Source: Octopus vulgaris (lineage: Eukaryota). From it: 64,000 bases of DNA. How positions within the stretch are numbered: the first letter of the stretch is position 1; every line of letters starts with the position of its first letter. Both the position numbers and the translations under genes were made by a program. The notes below the pieces were generated by a model. The model was given only the letters and a program-made list of their open reading frames with translations. It made no database searches and was not told where the DNA came from. Shown in pieces: positions 43,994 through 56,846 of this stretch. The stretch lies in assembly GCA_951406725.2 (NCBI GenBank), contig OX597817.1:130324001-130388000 (forward strand), written 5' to 3'.

Positions 43994-44358
43994 GAGGAGG
44001 AGGAGGAGGACGGCGATTAGGCAGAATCGTTGGCGCGTTGGGACATTATGCTTAGCAACATTTCTTCCAGCTCCTGCCTTTCATTCTTACAGGGTCGATA
44101 AAATAGAGTGTTCTATAATATCAATTCTAAGGTTGACATAATTTTCTGTCATCTTGTTCTTCTTACTTGTCACCACTGGCTGGATATTTCATTTGTGAAT
44201 ACTCAGAGATTGACATACATGTCGTACAGGCCTTTGTCACAATAATCCTATGATGAACAGATGTCTAACATCTAACATGATCAAACATCGTCATAAGTGT
44301 TTACTATACGGAGAAACGAGCGCACGTACTCACACACACACACACACACACACTACGA

Positions 44359-44402
<44 letters not shown>

Positions 44403-44545
44403 CGAACGCACACACGCACATATAAACATATAATTTGTTTTCACATAAACACCTATAAAGCATCACAAACGCACACATACGAGCATAATGATATACACAC
44501 ATAAACGCATTTGTGCACAAATATAAGCGCGTAGAAACATACATA

Positions 44546-45470
44546 GGCGCAGACGTGGCCTTGTGGTGAGAAGTGTACTGCCAACCATACGGTTTGTAGT
44601 TCAATCTCTCTGTGTGGCACCTTAGGCAAGTGTCTTCGACCATAATCCCGTGTCGATCAATGTCTTGTGAGTGGATTTGGTAGACGCCAACTGATAGAAG
44701 CTCATCGTGTATGTATTTTGTGTGCATGTGTGTGTGAGGAGAGAGAAAGGGGGGTATCTGTGTGTGTGTGTGTGTGTGTTTCTCTCTGTCTCCACAACCG
44801 CTCCACAAGAAGTGTTGGTTTGTTTGTGTTCCCGAAACTTAACGGCTCGACAAGGGAGAGAATGATAGAGTAAGTACCAGACTTTAAAACAAAAAAAAAA
44901 TTGGGGTGGATGTGTTCAACTGAAACCCTTCAAAGCAGTGCCTCAGCAGGCTGTATGGTAAGCCGGGCGAAATGCTTAGTGGTATTTCGTCTGCCGTTAC
45001 GTTCTGAGTTCAAATACCGCCGAGGTCGACTTTGCCTTTCATCCTTTCGGGGTCGATTGAATATGTACCAGTTACGCACTGGGGTCGATATAATCAACTT
45101 AATCCGTTTGTCTGTCCTTGTTTGTCCTCTCTGTGTTTAGCCCCTTGTGAGTATAAAAGAAATAGGTATTTCGTCTGCTGCTACGTTCTGAGTTCAAATT
45201 CTGCCGAGGTCGACTTTGCCTTTTATCCTTTCGGGGTCGATAAATTAAGTACCAGTCAAGTACTGGGGTCGATGTAATCAACTTAATCCCTATGTCTGTC
45301 CTTGTTTGCCCCCTCTGTGTGTAGCCCCTTTGTGGGCAGTAAAGATATAAGAAACTTTGCTTCCCAGCCACACAGTCGATTCCTTCGACTAAAAATTCTT
45401 CGAGGCGGTGCCCCAGCATGACCGCAGTCTAATGACTGAAACATGTAAAAGATAAAAAGTAAAAGATATA
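44546..45470 (+). mobile_element. Nested SINEs: family A plus a family B dimer (~44960-45352)
   Basis: Family A head at 44546. Two family B bodies are nearly identical to 31106-31512. Family A tail at 45380-45470. Confidence 0.85.
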
Positions 45471-46073
45471 AATACAGACATAGACGTACTTCTTAGTGTA
45501 TTTAGGATAAGGATGTAGCTATTTTCCTCTATCATCTTATCCACCATTTACCTTACCGCTCCAACCTATTTAATATAGTTTAACAAAACTCTGAATAAAA
45601 GGGTCAGTGTGTGTGTGTGTGTGTGTCCTCTCATCACCACGGCCTCCATCGCTGTCACATATAATAATCTTTGACGGTTCACTAGCGGTAACCCGAGATA
45701 TCCTTTAAAAGGGTATTGGTTTAAGTGAGGAAGATGTGAAGCCAGAGTGGAGCGAGGAGCTGATTATGGCAAGCGGCTGTGCGTGTATGTGTGATGGTAG
45801 GGAGGGGGTGTCTTCGTCGATTTACTTCAGTTTGAGTGGGAGTTGTGATGAGATCTTTCGATGTCAATGTATGTAGGTTAGTACCTCTGCTTCACGATGG
45901 ATACAATGCATTTGCTTGTGCGTCTCTCTCTTTCTCTTTTCTCTCTCTTCTTGTGTGTGTATGTGTGTGTGTCTCATTCTATGTATACGTAATGTGTAGT
46001 TTTGTGAGTAAAGAAGGTGCACTTTACCTCGGGTTGTGTATGTGTTTCTATTTGTGTTATAGAATATGCGTGT

Positions 46074-46138
<65 letters not shown>

Positions 46139-46509
46139 AGAGTAAGAGAGACAGTGGGGAGTATGTATGTGTACGAGAGAAACAGAGACAGAGACACAAA
46201 GAGGACTGTCTTGACCCAGCACAACCTGTTGCATAGTTGGGCTGTCGGCGATTAAACCGGCAGCAACGCCACTAAGCCTGCTTGGTGAATAGGGTGGTTT
46301 TTAGATACCCGTCAAAGGGTGAATGAATTCATATGGGTGGGGTGGGGGTTAAAGGTCATCCAATTACATGATATGTATATATATGCATGTGTGTATGTGT
46401 GTGTGTGGAGTATGTGTATTTCTCTTTCTCTTTTTATAATGTAGAATAAATTTTGACCGACCACCTACTCGGTAGCAAGGTTGTAAAGCAAAGCGTCTTA
46501 TTTTAACCA

Positions 46510-46745
46510 TCATTCTTTAAATTTCAAGGTCTTGCAGATTTTTACAGTTCCAGATATCGTGATCATTTGTAGCATATGAATTAAAGACTTGCGTTCTCCC
46601 CACAAGATCTCAAGTTCAGCCACACTTTGCTCCAGACTGGTTGGTATGTATCCTGTTGCTTCAATAATAACAGGTATAAAGCTGAAAGTCTGTGTTGAGT
46701 ATTGGGTTTGCAAACTCCTTATCAATGTCCTTAGGTATCATCTTG
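46510..46745 (-). mobile_element. RLE-type non-LTR retrotransposon C-terminal fragment
   Basis: FSFIPVIIEATGYIPTSL...LQMITISGTVKICKT matches the PVIIGA.G.IP..L...LQ.....GT..I pattern. Confidence 0.65.
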
Positions 46746-47200
46746 TATTTCAAACCATGTGCATGTATGTATGTATGTATGTATGTATGTATGTATGTAT
46801 GTATGTATGTATGTATGTATGTATGTATGTATGTGTAGCGTATCTGATATCCTCACTGTTTGAGAGGCACATTAGGAATGATCTCGTTTGAGATTACAAC
46901 CATCTTTGGCTAGTTTGACCCTGTTGTGTCCACTACTCTGATTGGTTGGCATTCGGTAGAAAATCCGTTCGACAGCAATAATAATTCTCTAAACGAGATA
47001 TAGACAGTAACTGCTCCATAACTGATGGACGTTAGCCATCTGAATGTGGCTAGAGACAGGGCAGGGCGGTGGGGGTGACGCCATCACGGCGTCCTCTAGC
47101 CTGCAAAGAACGGATTTTCTACATCAGTAAATGTATTTACTGTGAAAATCTTTATATATATCCTGCACAGAGAGTTGTTCGTCGAGGAGCGGTGCCTGCC

Positions 47201-47243
47201 ATGCGTTGATAATAGGCAAATACCTTGAAACCTAGGTCCGTAT
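47201..47243 (+). ncRNA. Type I hammerhead ribozyme, U3-A8 core variant (unit 1)
   Basis: atgcg-TTGATAA-taggcaaatacctt-GAAA-cctagg-TC-cgtat; predicted cut after 47238. Confidence 0.72.
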
Positions 47244-47556
47244 GTGGCATCCGCTTCTTCGAGGAATGATCTCCCTTTGCAGGCTAGAGGACGCCGTGAT
47301 GGCGTCAGCCCTCCTGGTGACGTTGATGATCGCCTGGGGCTAAATGCATCAGTAACACCCCCACCGCCCTGCCCTGTCCCTAGCCACATTCAGATGGCTA
47401 ACGTCCCTTATGTTATGGAGCAGTTACTGTCTATATCTCGTTTAGAGAATTATTATTGCTGTCGAACGGATTTTCTACATCAGTAAATGTATTTACTGTG
47501 AAAATCTTTATATATATCCTGCACAGAGAGTTGTTCGTCGAGGAGCGGTGCCTGCC

Positions 47557-47599
47557 ATGCGTTGATAATAGGCAAATACCTTGAAACCTAGGTCCGTAT
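47557..47599 (+). ncRNA. Type I hammerhead ribozyme, U3-A8 core variant (unit 2)
   Basis: Identical motif 356 nt downstream; predicted cut after 47594. Confidence 0.72.
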
Positions 47600-47816
47600 G
47601 TGACATCTGCTTCTTCGGGGAATGATCTCCCTTTGCAGGCTAGAGGACGCCGTGATGGCGTCAGCCCTCCTGGTGACGTTGATGATCGCCTGGGGCTAAA
47701 TGCATCAGTAACACCCCCACCGCCCTGCCCTGTCCCTAGCCACATTCAGATGGCTAACGTCCCTTATGTTATGGACAGCAGTTACTGTCTATATCTCGTT
47801 TAGAGAATTATTATTG

Positions 47817-47855
<39 letters not shown>

Positions 47856-48875
47856 TGTAAACATGTGATATGTTTTCTAGTGACGGCCTTAGTGAAAGGT
47901 CCACTGTAAGTGGGTTAGAGTTTATATTGATACCGGTGATATTAGTTGGTACTAAAAGTAATAAATTTCCGGGTATTAATCAAGATACTTTATTATTTAA
48001 AATAACGTATGTGTGTATTCATGTTAGAAAATACTTATCATGATTATTATCAAAGAAATTACCCACAAAAGTTAGAAGCAGAGCATCATTATTATTATTA
48101 TTATTATTGTGGTGATGGTGATTCCTTTTGGTTTTGACATCTCGTTAGATTAATGCATTTGTAAGTAGGTTCATGACATGTTGCTGTTTTTGCCGCGGAT
48201 GTTCAACACAAACAGAGGGGGCACTGCAGCGGATGCTCAACACTGAAGTCGTATATTTCAAGTAGTATAAAACATACATAGAACAATATATATATATATA
48301 CACTTACACATACACGCACACATAAACATATAATGTGTGTGTGTATGTGTATGCACACACACACACACGTCTCGCGTGTACTCCAAACACACCGTTTAAA
48401 ACACACATAGATGTAGAGGATGTTATGCGCTCTTCAACTTTAAAGATGATGAATGAAAGGATTTCAACCATCTTATACTCTTCGACAACGATCATTGAGG
48501 GAAGTCCAGGATACCAATGAAACTGAGGAAGAGGAGGAGGGGGTGACAGGGAGGAGAATATGAAGAGGAGGAGAGGAGGGGAGAGGAGGGGAGAGGAGGG
48601 GAGGAGGGGAGAGGAGGGGAGGAGGGATGGAGGATGAGGAAGGGATGCGGAAGAGGCGGAAGGGGATGATAATAGTGATGGAGAATGATCATAGTCAAGT
48701 GATGATAGTGAGGAAGATAACTTTGATGGCGATAAATTTGATGGCATTAGTGGTGGCGCTGGTGTTACTGCTGCTGCTGTTAATGGTGATTATAAAGATG
48801 ATGATGATGATGGTAGTGGTGGTGATGGTGATCGTGATCGTGTTGGTGGTGATAGTGATCGTGTTGTTGCTCTGG

Positions 48876-48907
<32 letters not shown>

Positions 48908-50040
48908 GGTGGACGACGCCATCATCATGATATAGAAAGTGATTAGTGATGGCGGTGATGGTATTGACAAAGCGGTGGGGGAGTGAGTAGAAAAGAACCG
49001 GGTGGGCAAGCACTTGTAGACGACGCCTGACAATGAACAGCAATGGGCTACGACAACGATATTCCTATCACCATCATCTTTATCACCACCACCACCACCA
49101 CCATCGTTTTCATCATCATAATCATTACCATCATCACCACCACTATCATCATCATCATCATCTATCATCATTAAGCTGACAGATGTGTTCCTCGTGTAGA
49201 GCAAATCCAGCTGTTTGGTCGTTCAGTATGATGCTTCAAAAAGACTGTGGGTGGTAACTGCATCTCTCTTCACTTCCCTGCACATCCATGTCATACACAA
49301 ACAGACGAAAGCGCCTCTATATGGTCTCTTGACCACATAGAAATTGCTAGAAACAGCAGTCAAATTCTCTCCTACCTTCTTTAAACAAACAGATACGTTG
49401 GATAATGTAATCCTGGGTTCCCAGCATGAAGAAAAACGACGGGATGGTCACGGCTGGAACACATTTGATCATAGGTCTACACGATGACGACTGACCTAGG
49501 GTTAAAGGACAACAGTAACAAGCATGTTAGATTCGAGTCGACGAAAGGAACCTCAAAAGGACACTACATGCAAGTACAAGTCGAGATGGTCAAGGCTGGA
49601 ATGTCTTCGACCATAGGTCTGCTGGATCAGGGTAGATCTGGGATTAAACAACAACAACAACAACAACCATGGTCTTAGGGGCTTGAAAATGAAAGCATAA
49701 ATGAATATAACCTTTAGTATTAGGTCATCACCGAAAACTTACCTTGGGATTGTATGTATGTGTGTGTGTGTGTGTGTGTTGGAGTAACAATATGTTACTG
49801 GTACATATATCAATCACAAAAGCTTTCAGATTCATTGAGTCACGCGATAATAATGTAATATTGTCATCATAGTGTCTTGTATAGATCTTTTCTGTTTGGA
49901 TGCCACTTTTCAATTTCTTCAATTTTTGTTCCAATTGATTCCACATTTGGCGTATTGGTGTAGTTTTCTAACGTAACCATGGACATGAAATTCATTTCCT
50001 GTATAAGCTATTCACGCTAATGCATTAACATGCAAATAGC

Positions 50041-50266
50041 AAATAGCAAAAACCAGAGTCAAGGAAAACTAATTGCGGCCTGCATCAACAAAACCCATTC
50101 CTGAAATTCATTCGTCTATCAAGGAATGTATTTTCGTATCATCTATCTAGTGATAAATAGCAAAAACCAGAGTCCAAGAAAATTAATCGCGGTCTGCATC
50201 GGCAAAACTCATTCCTGAAATCCATTTATCTCTCAAGGAATATATTTTTGTATCCTCTATTTGATC
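50041..50266. repeat. Tandem duplication, 114-nt period
   Basis: aaatagcaaaaaccagagtc at 50041 and 50155. Confidence 0.9.
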
Positions 50267-50564
50267 AAAGTAATTAAATAGAATTTCCTGCATTTGACAG
50301 ATGTTCTAATTATTCATACATGGTAATCCCTAGTGGATTCATGCTGTACTTAAGGGGTCAGCGCATACAGCTTATGGTTCAATGTTAGATTTGCTTGAAG
50401 GAAGTAAAAGGTCAAATGCGCTTAGCTGGGTAACTTTAGAGCAGAGAAGAATAGCATATGGGGCAACCAAAGAAAGAAGGTAATATATAATGTAAGCGTG
50501 GGAGTGTGACGGTGACGGAAGCTTTGCGCACTCGTGTGCGTGTGTGTATGTGTATGTGTGTGTA

Positions 50565-50595
<31 letters not shown>

Positions 50596-50878
50596 TGGGG
50601 CATGTATGTGAGTGTGAGTATGTGTAGTGGTTCCTGTGTCTATACGCTAATGCCTGTCAGCAATGCTACATATCAGTGTGCAAATGTGTATATGCTTCTG
50701 CATCAGTGATAGTATATGTATGTTATTGCATCAATGACTGCGTATGTGCTGATTCCTTTCAAAGGATTTCCTAATTTAATTTCTCTTAAAATTATGTAAT
50801 AATTGTTATTGTTATTATGTCTTCTGACTTAGCCGCATAATATATATGTGTGTGTACGTGTATATATATATATGTGTG

Positions 50879-50941
<63 letters not shown>

Positions 50942-50943
50942 AG

Positions 50944-51560
50944 CAATAATAAATCTCTGAGCGAAATGTAAACAGTTGCAGCACGACATCGTGAAGTATA
51001 CTTGCCACCTAAATGTGGATGACCCATATGGGACGATGCTACTGTTATTTATAACCCCAATAAGACATCTCTAACTGGCTAACGACACACTGTTTGTGTC
51101 CGATCAGCATTTGCGAAGGGAAAGCATCGTTCGCATCTCTAGTCTTACGTGATACACACGGACCCTGGTTTCTGAGTAGTAACCCGTCATCTGCTTGTGA
51201 CAATCACCAGCTAGGAATGAGAACTGATTCCAAATGCAAAATATTATTCCAGTGACAAATTGTCGCTGGTCTCGAAAAAGGAGAAACAAGCAATAATAAA
51301 TCCCTGAGCGAGATGTATTAAGTAACAGCACGACATTGTGAAGTATATTTACCACCTAAATGTGGCTGAATCATATGGGACGATGCTACTGTTGTGTATT
51401 ACGTAAAGCTAGAGATGGGAACGAAGATTTCCCTTCGTAAATCCTAATCAGACATAGACTGTGTGTCGTTAGCCAGCAGAGGAGGAGATGCCTTCCTGGG
51501 GCCATGAACAAAAGTAGCATCGTCCCATATATTGGTCAACCACATTTAGGTGGCAAATAT
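50944..51560. repeat. Three copies of one interspersed repeat: direct, direct partial, inverted
   Basis: ccacctaaatgtgg...catatgggacgatgctact at ~51005 and ~51352; reverse complement at ~51513-51553. Confidence 0.85.
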
Positions 51561-51561
51561 A

Positions 51562-51613
<52 letters not shown>

Positions 51614-51715
51614 ATAAAAATGGTAAGATAACAAAAGAATGAAAGAGACCTCGATATTATATAAATAGAGGAATTTATCTGTAAATGTAATATGTGACAA
51701 TTATTCGATAGCCAT

Positions 51716-51776
51716 GATAAAACTCCGAGTTTCAGATGCCGAGGTGGAAATCCACGCCGCCATCTCTTCAGTTATC
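51716..51776 (-). ncRNA. Type I hammerhead ribozyme
   Basis: Minus strand reads gataa-CTGAAGA-gatggcggcgtggatttccacctcggcatct-GAAA-ctcggag-TT-ttatc. Stem I is perfect; stem II gatg/catc plus gtgg/ccac. Confidence 0.8.
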
Positions 51777-51832
51777 CGGCCATCGGATATTGCCAAATGT
51801 GAACCACTATTTGTTCTGTTATATATGTATAT

Positions 51833-51915
<83 letters not shown>

Positions 51916-53292
51916 TATATATATATATATATATATATATATAACAGAACAAATAGTGGTTCACATTTGGCAATAAAATGCCCCTACCTCTACTAAGTGA
52001 CTCCTGTACCACTTCCTAACTTGCCTACACCCCTTTGTAACTTGTCTCGTATATATAGCGAATAGATAGGGATATCAATATCCGAGCGGGTACTATTCAA
52101 GCATTAGTTGTAATCCAAGTTAAGGCTAGCTGCATCGAGTTGTAAATGAACACCTAGAATTATTTGGTGTAAGAAATTCTACACTATTTTATCCGAGAGA
52201 TACATCCGGGGGTTCGCTTCCCTGGATTATGAATATTTAACCATGTGTTCTAGTACAGAGACAACAGGCTAACGCCGTTAGTAGGAAAGTTCGGGAAGGT
52301 GAAAGGAGGGTGGGATAAAGTGTAGCGTATTAACCGAGTGTATATCCAATACAGTAACAATGAATACGGAGATAGTACTTCTACATAATTTTTATTATTT
52401 CTAGTCAATTACTGCATATTTGTTTTAAATCCGTCCCACGCACGTTTCTGCTGTATACACATCTCGCAATTGCATTAGCATCCACTTATTTTCAGCTAGT
52501 CATTAGCCTATGTGTGGTGCGCGCGCACGAACACACACACACACACACATTAGTACGTCCAAGTTAACGTGGATTTGTTGTTTATAACGCTGCAGGGAAC
52601 GTCCTGAAAAATCATTTCATGTAGACACCAAATGCTAAAAGGCATTGAAATTTTTTATCGGTTGATTGAATTTCGTCAGCATCGGCGAATGGAAAAGATG
52701 TCTCACAAGGTTTCACCACGCTGCAGATCATCAGCGGCAAGAAACCAAGCAGCGAAAGCCAGATTGAAAATCAGTCACGTTCTCGTAGAAGTAATTTACA
52801 GATAGAGATCGAATGAAGTTAGGACGTATAAACACAGGGCAAGTAGTTTTGATCGTCCCATGTGTATACGCTTAACCCTAGGTGCTCCTGCTGAAGAAGA
52901 TTGCACCTAGCGAGTTCCTTGACTCTGGCCGTTTGTCTTTAGTGGCTGCCTGCTTGTGGCCATGACTCTAGTTGGTCTCTAACTGATTTTACCTTACCGA
53001 ATTCTAGTATTTATAACTATCCAAAACTAGTTTGAAAGATAGACATATTGTTGAGAACAATAGATTCCGTTGGTGGTACCTGTTATTTCAATTCTAACTT
53101 TTGGTGGCCTAGAAGAGGTTAGACGGGCCAAGTGGCAAAGCCCTAATTCTGCTTAGCGAAGGCATCTGGTAAATGTAACTGCTGTCACTCACAGAAAAAT
53201 TATTGTTTCACCAGGAGAAAAATGCTGTTGAACTGTTAAGTGAAATTTGGCAATCGAGGACCGAATCCACGCCATGTCTGCATGAAACCACA

Positions 53293-53325
<33 letters not shown>

Positions 53326-54577
53326 TGCATATATATGAATATGTGTATGAATGTGTACGTGTGCGTTGCGTAAGCGCATGCGTGTGTGTGTCTTTGTGTT
53401 TGTGCTATGTTGTATTCATTCCGCAATTTCCGCTTAACAATCAGTGCTCGTTTGTTTACGTTCTTGTCATCAGCGGTTCGGCATAAGAGAATGATAAAAT
53501 AAGTACCAGATTTTAGTAATTACCACGGTGGATTTGTTCGACTAAACATTTTATGGTTCTGCCCCAGCATGTCCGCAATTCAATAACTGAAGCAAGTAAA
53601 AAAGATACATTTTGTCTGAAGAAACGGCTTTGACCAGAGGTCAACAGGATCAGAGCTGAAGCGAGACTAAAATAAAGAATGCAACACAGTGTTGGAATTT
53701 TATTTTCGACCGTGAAAAATCAATATCATGTAACACCTGAAGTAAACATAAACGGATGAGTATCACTTTAACTGAGTTTAATTAATAAAAGACGATAACA
53801 TAGGTGTTATCTTGATGACGCACACTAAATTCTAAAATTTAGTCAGACGTTGTTTTCTTTAACCTAAACGTAGACACTGTGTCATCTGTTAAATACGAAA
53901 ATAGTGAAACTAAATCGATTCTACCAGTGTTAGAGAGAAATACCGAAATTTGATATTGAATTGTAAAGTAACGTTTACAAGGTTCTTGCATTCTTCCACT
54001 AAGTGAAAGAGCAAGTACGAATAATATCTTTTATCTTCTATCATTAGTTTGTTTCAGACAACTGGATTGCGGTCATGAGAAGCACTGTCTTGACGGATTT
54101 CATCGAACAAATCGACCCTGGTATTCATTTTTTAACATCGGTATTTATTCTGACAGTCTCACAAAGGCTCACAAATGAATATATATATATACATATATAG
54201 TAGAACCTATTTGCTAAAGTATGGTGGCAGTTCTGCGTAGGACCATGTTACTACCTTTTAAACCCAAGAAAACATATGTTCCAGCTGGTTATCGACATAC
54301 TATCTGTGACTGAAATATACAGCTAGCGTACTACTCCCTCCTAGCCGCTAGCAGTACCAATGGTTTCTGGGTAATTCCCCGTCCTCGGTGCTGGATAACC
54401 GCCAGCTAGAGACAGCAGCCTACTCATATATATATATATATATATATATTAAGGTATGTAGAAAAATACAACATGGACAAGAACGTATAACTCTTAGAAG
54501 ACGATACAATAAACACGGACAGGACATTCGAAACCCTCAGTCTTCAGTCAAGAACCGGATCATCGTAGTAATTTCGG

Positions 54578-54713
<136 letters not shown>

Positions 54714-54766
54714 TAGATAAAGCTTACTTGGAAGAGGATGCTTGGCGTTCAATCAAATAATTATGT

Positions 54767-54857
<91 letters not shown>

Positions 54858-55336
54858 TATATGCATATATGCATATATATTTATGCATACATATATGTAC
54901 ATACATCTATACGTATATATATATATATATATGTATATGTGTGTGTGTGTGTGTGTGTGTATATGTGGGCACAGGACGTCACGAAACGTGTACAACAAAA
55001 ATACGAAGTACGAGTACATGGAATATGAACTCGTTTTTCGAACAGCGAAAGACACAAATGGAAAACAAGACAAAGAACATAAAGAACGACTCTTCGTCAG
55101 GTGTTGACTGTTTTTTCTACTCTTGTACTTCGAGCAATTCACAACAAGATACGCTTTCGATAAAACAGTTACTTCCGCAAAGCGAATTAAATAAAATTTG
55201 GGATTTTTTGCGGAGGGGTCAAAATTGGTAACAAAAACAGGACAGTGAAAACAAACAGGAAGGGTTGCTAAGCCTAAACGAGGTTGTGGTGGCGTATAGA
55301 TATACGTATGTATATATGTATATGTATGTATGTATG

Positions 55337-55391
<55 letters not shown>

Positions 55392-55449
55392 CATATATAT
55401 AATATAAAATAATATAACATAATATGATATAATATATACATACATACAT

Positions 55450-55855
55450 ACGACGGGCTTCCACAGTTTCTTATTTCTTTATTGCCCACTAGGGGCTAAA
55501 CATAGAGGGGACAAACAAGGACAGACAAAGGGATTAAGTCATTACATCGACCCCAGTACGTAACTTGTACTTAATTTATCGACCCCGAAAGGATGAAAGG
55601 TAAAGTCGACCTCGAAGGAATTCGAACTCAGGACGTAACGGCAGGCGAAAAATACCGCTAAGCATTTCGCCCTGCGTGATAACCTTTCTGCAAGTTCGTC
55701 GCCTTCCACTGTTTCTGCCCACTGAATTCGCTCTTAAGGCGTTGGTTGGCTCGGGATTGTAGCTGAAGACGTTTGTCCAAGGTATCTAACATAGTGGGAC
55801 TGAACCGAAACCATGTTGTCGCGAAACGAGCTCCTTAACAACATAACCCTGCCTG
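55450..55855 (-). mobile_element. SINE family B (55468-55705) nested in SINE family A
   Basis: ttccacagtttc / ttccactgtttc flank the family B copy, which is a TSD-like pair. Confidence 0.8.
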
Positions 55856-56128
55856 TACACACACACACACTCAAACATCAATTTTATGCTCGTACCCGCA
55901 GATGCACATACATAAATCTAATATATTTATTCATATATACATATGTGCATCTATAAATATATGCATATATACATATACAAACGCGCATACCAATGCATAA
56001 CAATAACTCCTTTTATATTTAAAGTATATTAGAGAAATTCAATATGGGAAATGTTATTAAGCTAAAGTCACCGGGCAAGTTTATTTTGCAAGACTAAGTA
56101 CACGAATAGGCATTCACAACATACATAC

Positions 56129-56192
<64 letters not shown>

Positions 56193-56508
56193 TATATATA
56201 TATAATGTGTGGGTTGTATTATAAGCAAATGAATTGTGTTTAGGAGCACGGTTTTTCTATATTGTATACATGTATTCATGTATGAAATATTTTGAAATAT
56301 CTTGTATTGTGTCACTTTCTTTCACTTCCACTCTGAAGAAAATATACACCAGACACACACACACATACACACACACACATACACACACACACATTTATAT
56401 AATCACACATACATTCATGCAAACACACACACAAGCACACACAAATATATTTATATTTGTATTTCTGTATAAATGTATGTTCGTACGTAAGAATGTGCAT
56501 ATCGTCCA

Positions 56509-56562
<54 letters not shown>

Positions 56563-56662
56563 AAACTGTGATAAATTTTATAGGTTTCGGCCAGTATAGG
56601 CCCAGCCCATGTCTATATATATTCTCTTTCTTTCACCTTCCTGATTCACTTTCTCTCTTCCT

Positions 56663-56709
<47 letters not shown>

Positions 56710-56813
56710 CATACATACATACATACATACATACATACATACGTACATACATACATACATACATACATAATGTACGTACGTACATACATGCATATACTTG
56801 TCTGCCTATGTAC

Positions 56814-56846
<33 letters not shown>

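Larger units (their letters stand above)
46956..47818 (+). mobile_element. Retrozyme-like element: two tandem 356-nt units (47108-47463, 47464-47818) plus an inverted partial unit (46956-47107)
   Basis: Near-identical tandem units with one HHR each, many hairpins and no credible ORF. The 3' end is fused to (AT)n. Confidence 0.8.

Noticed and set aside
49868-50010. Possible minus-strand terminal exon (cag|EMNFMSMV...KDLYKTL*)
   Set aside because: Weak polypyrimidine tract, no partner exons and no recognisable protein.
52878-52910. ctaggtgc/gcacctag hairpin enclosing CTGAAGA
   Set aside because: No downstream GAAA or other stems, so it is not a hammerhead.
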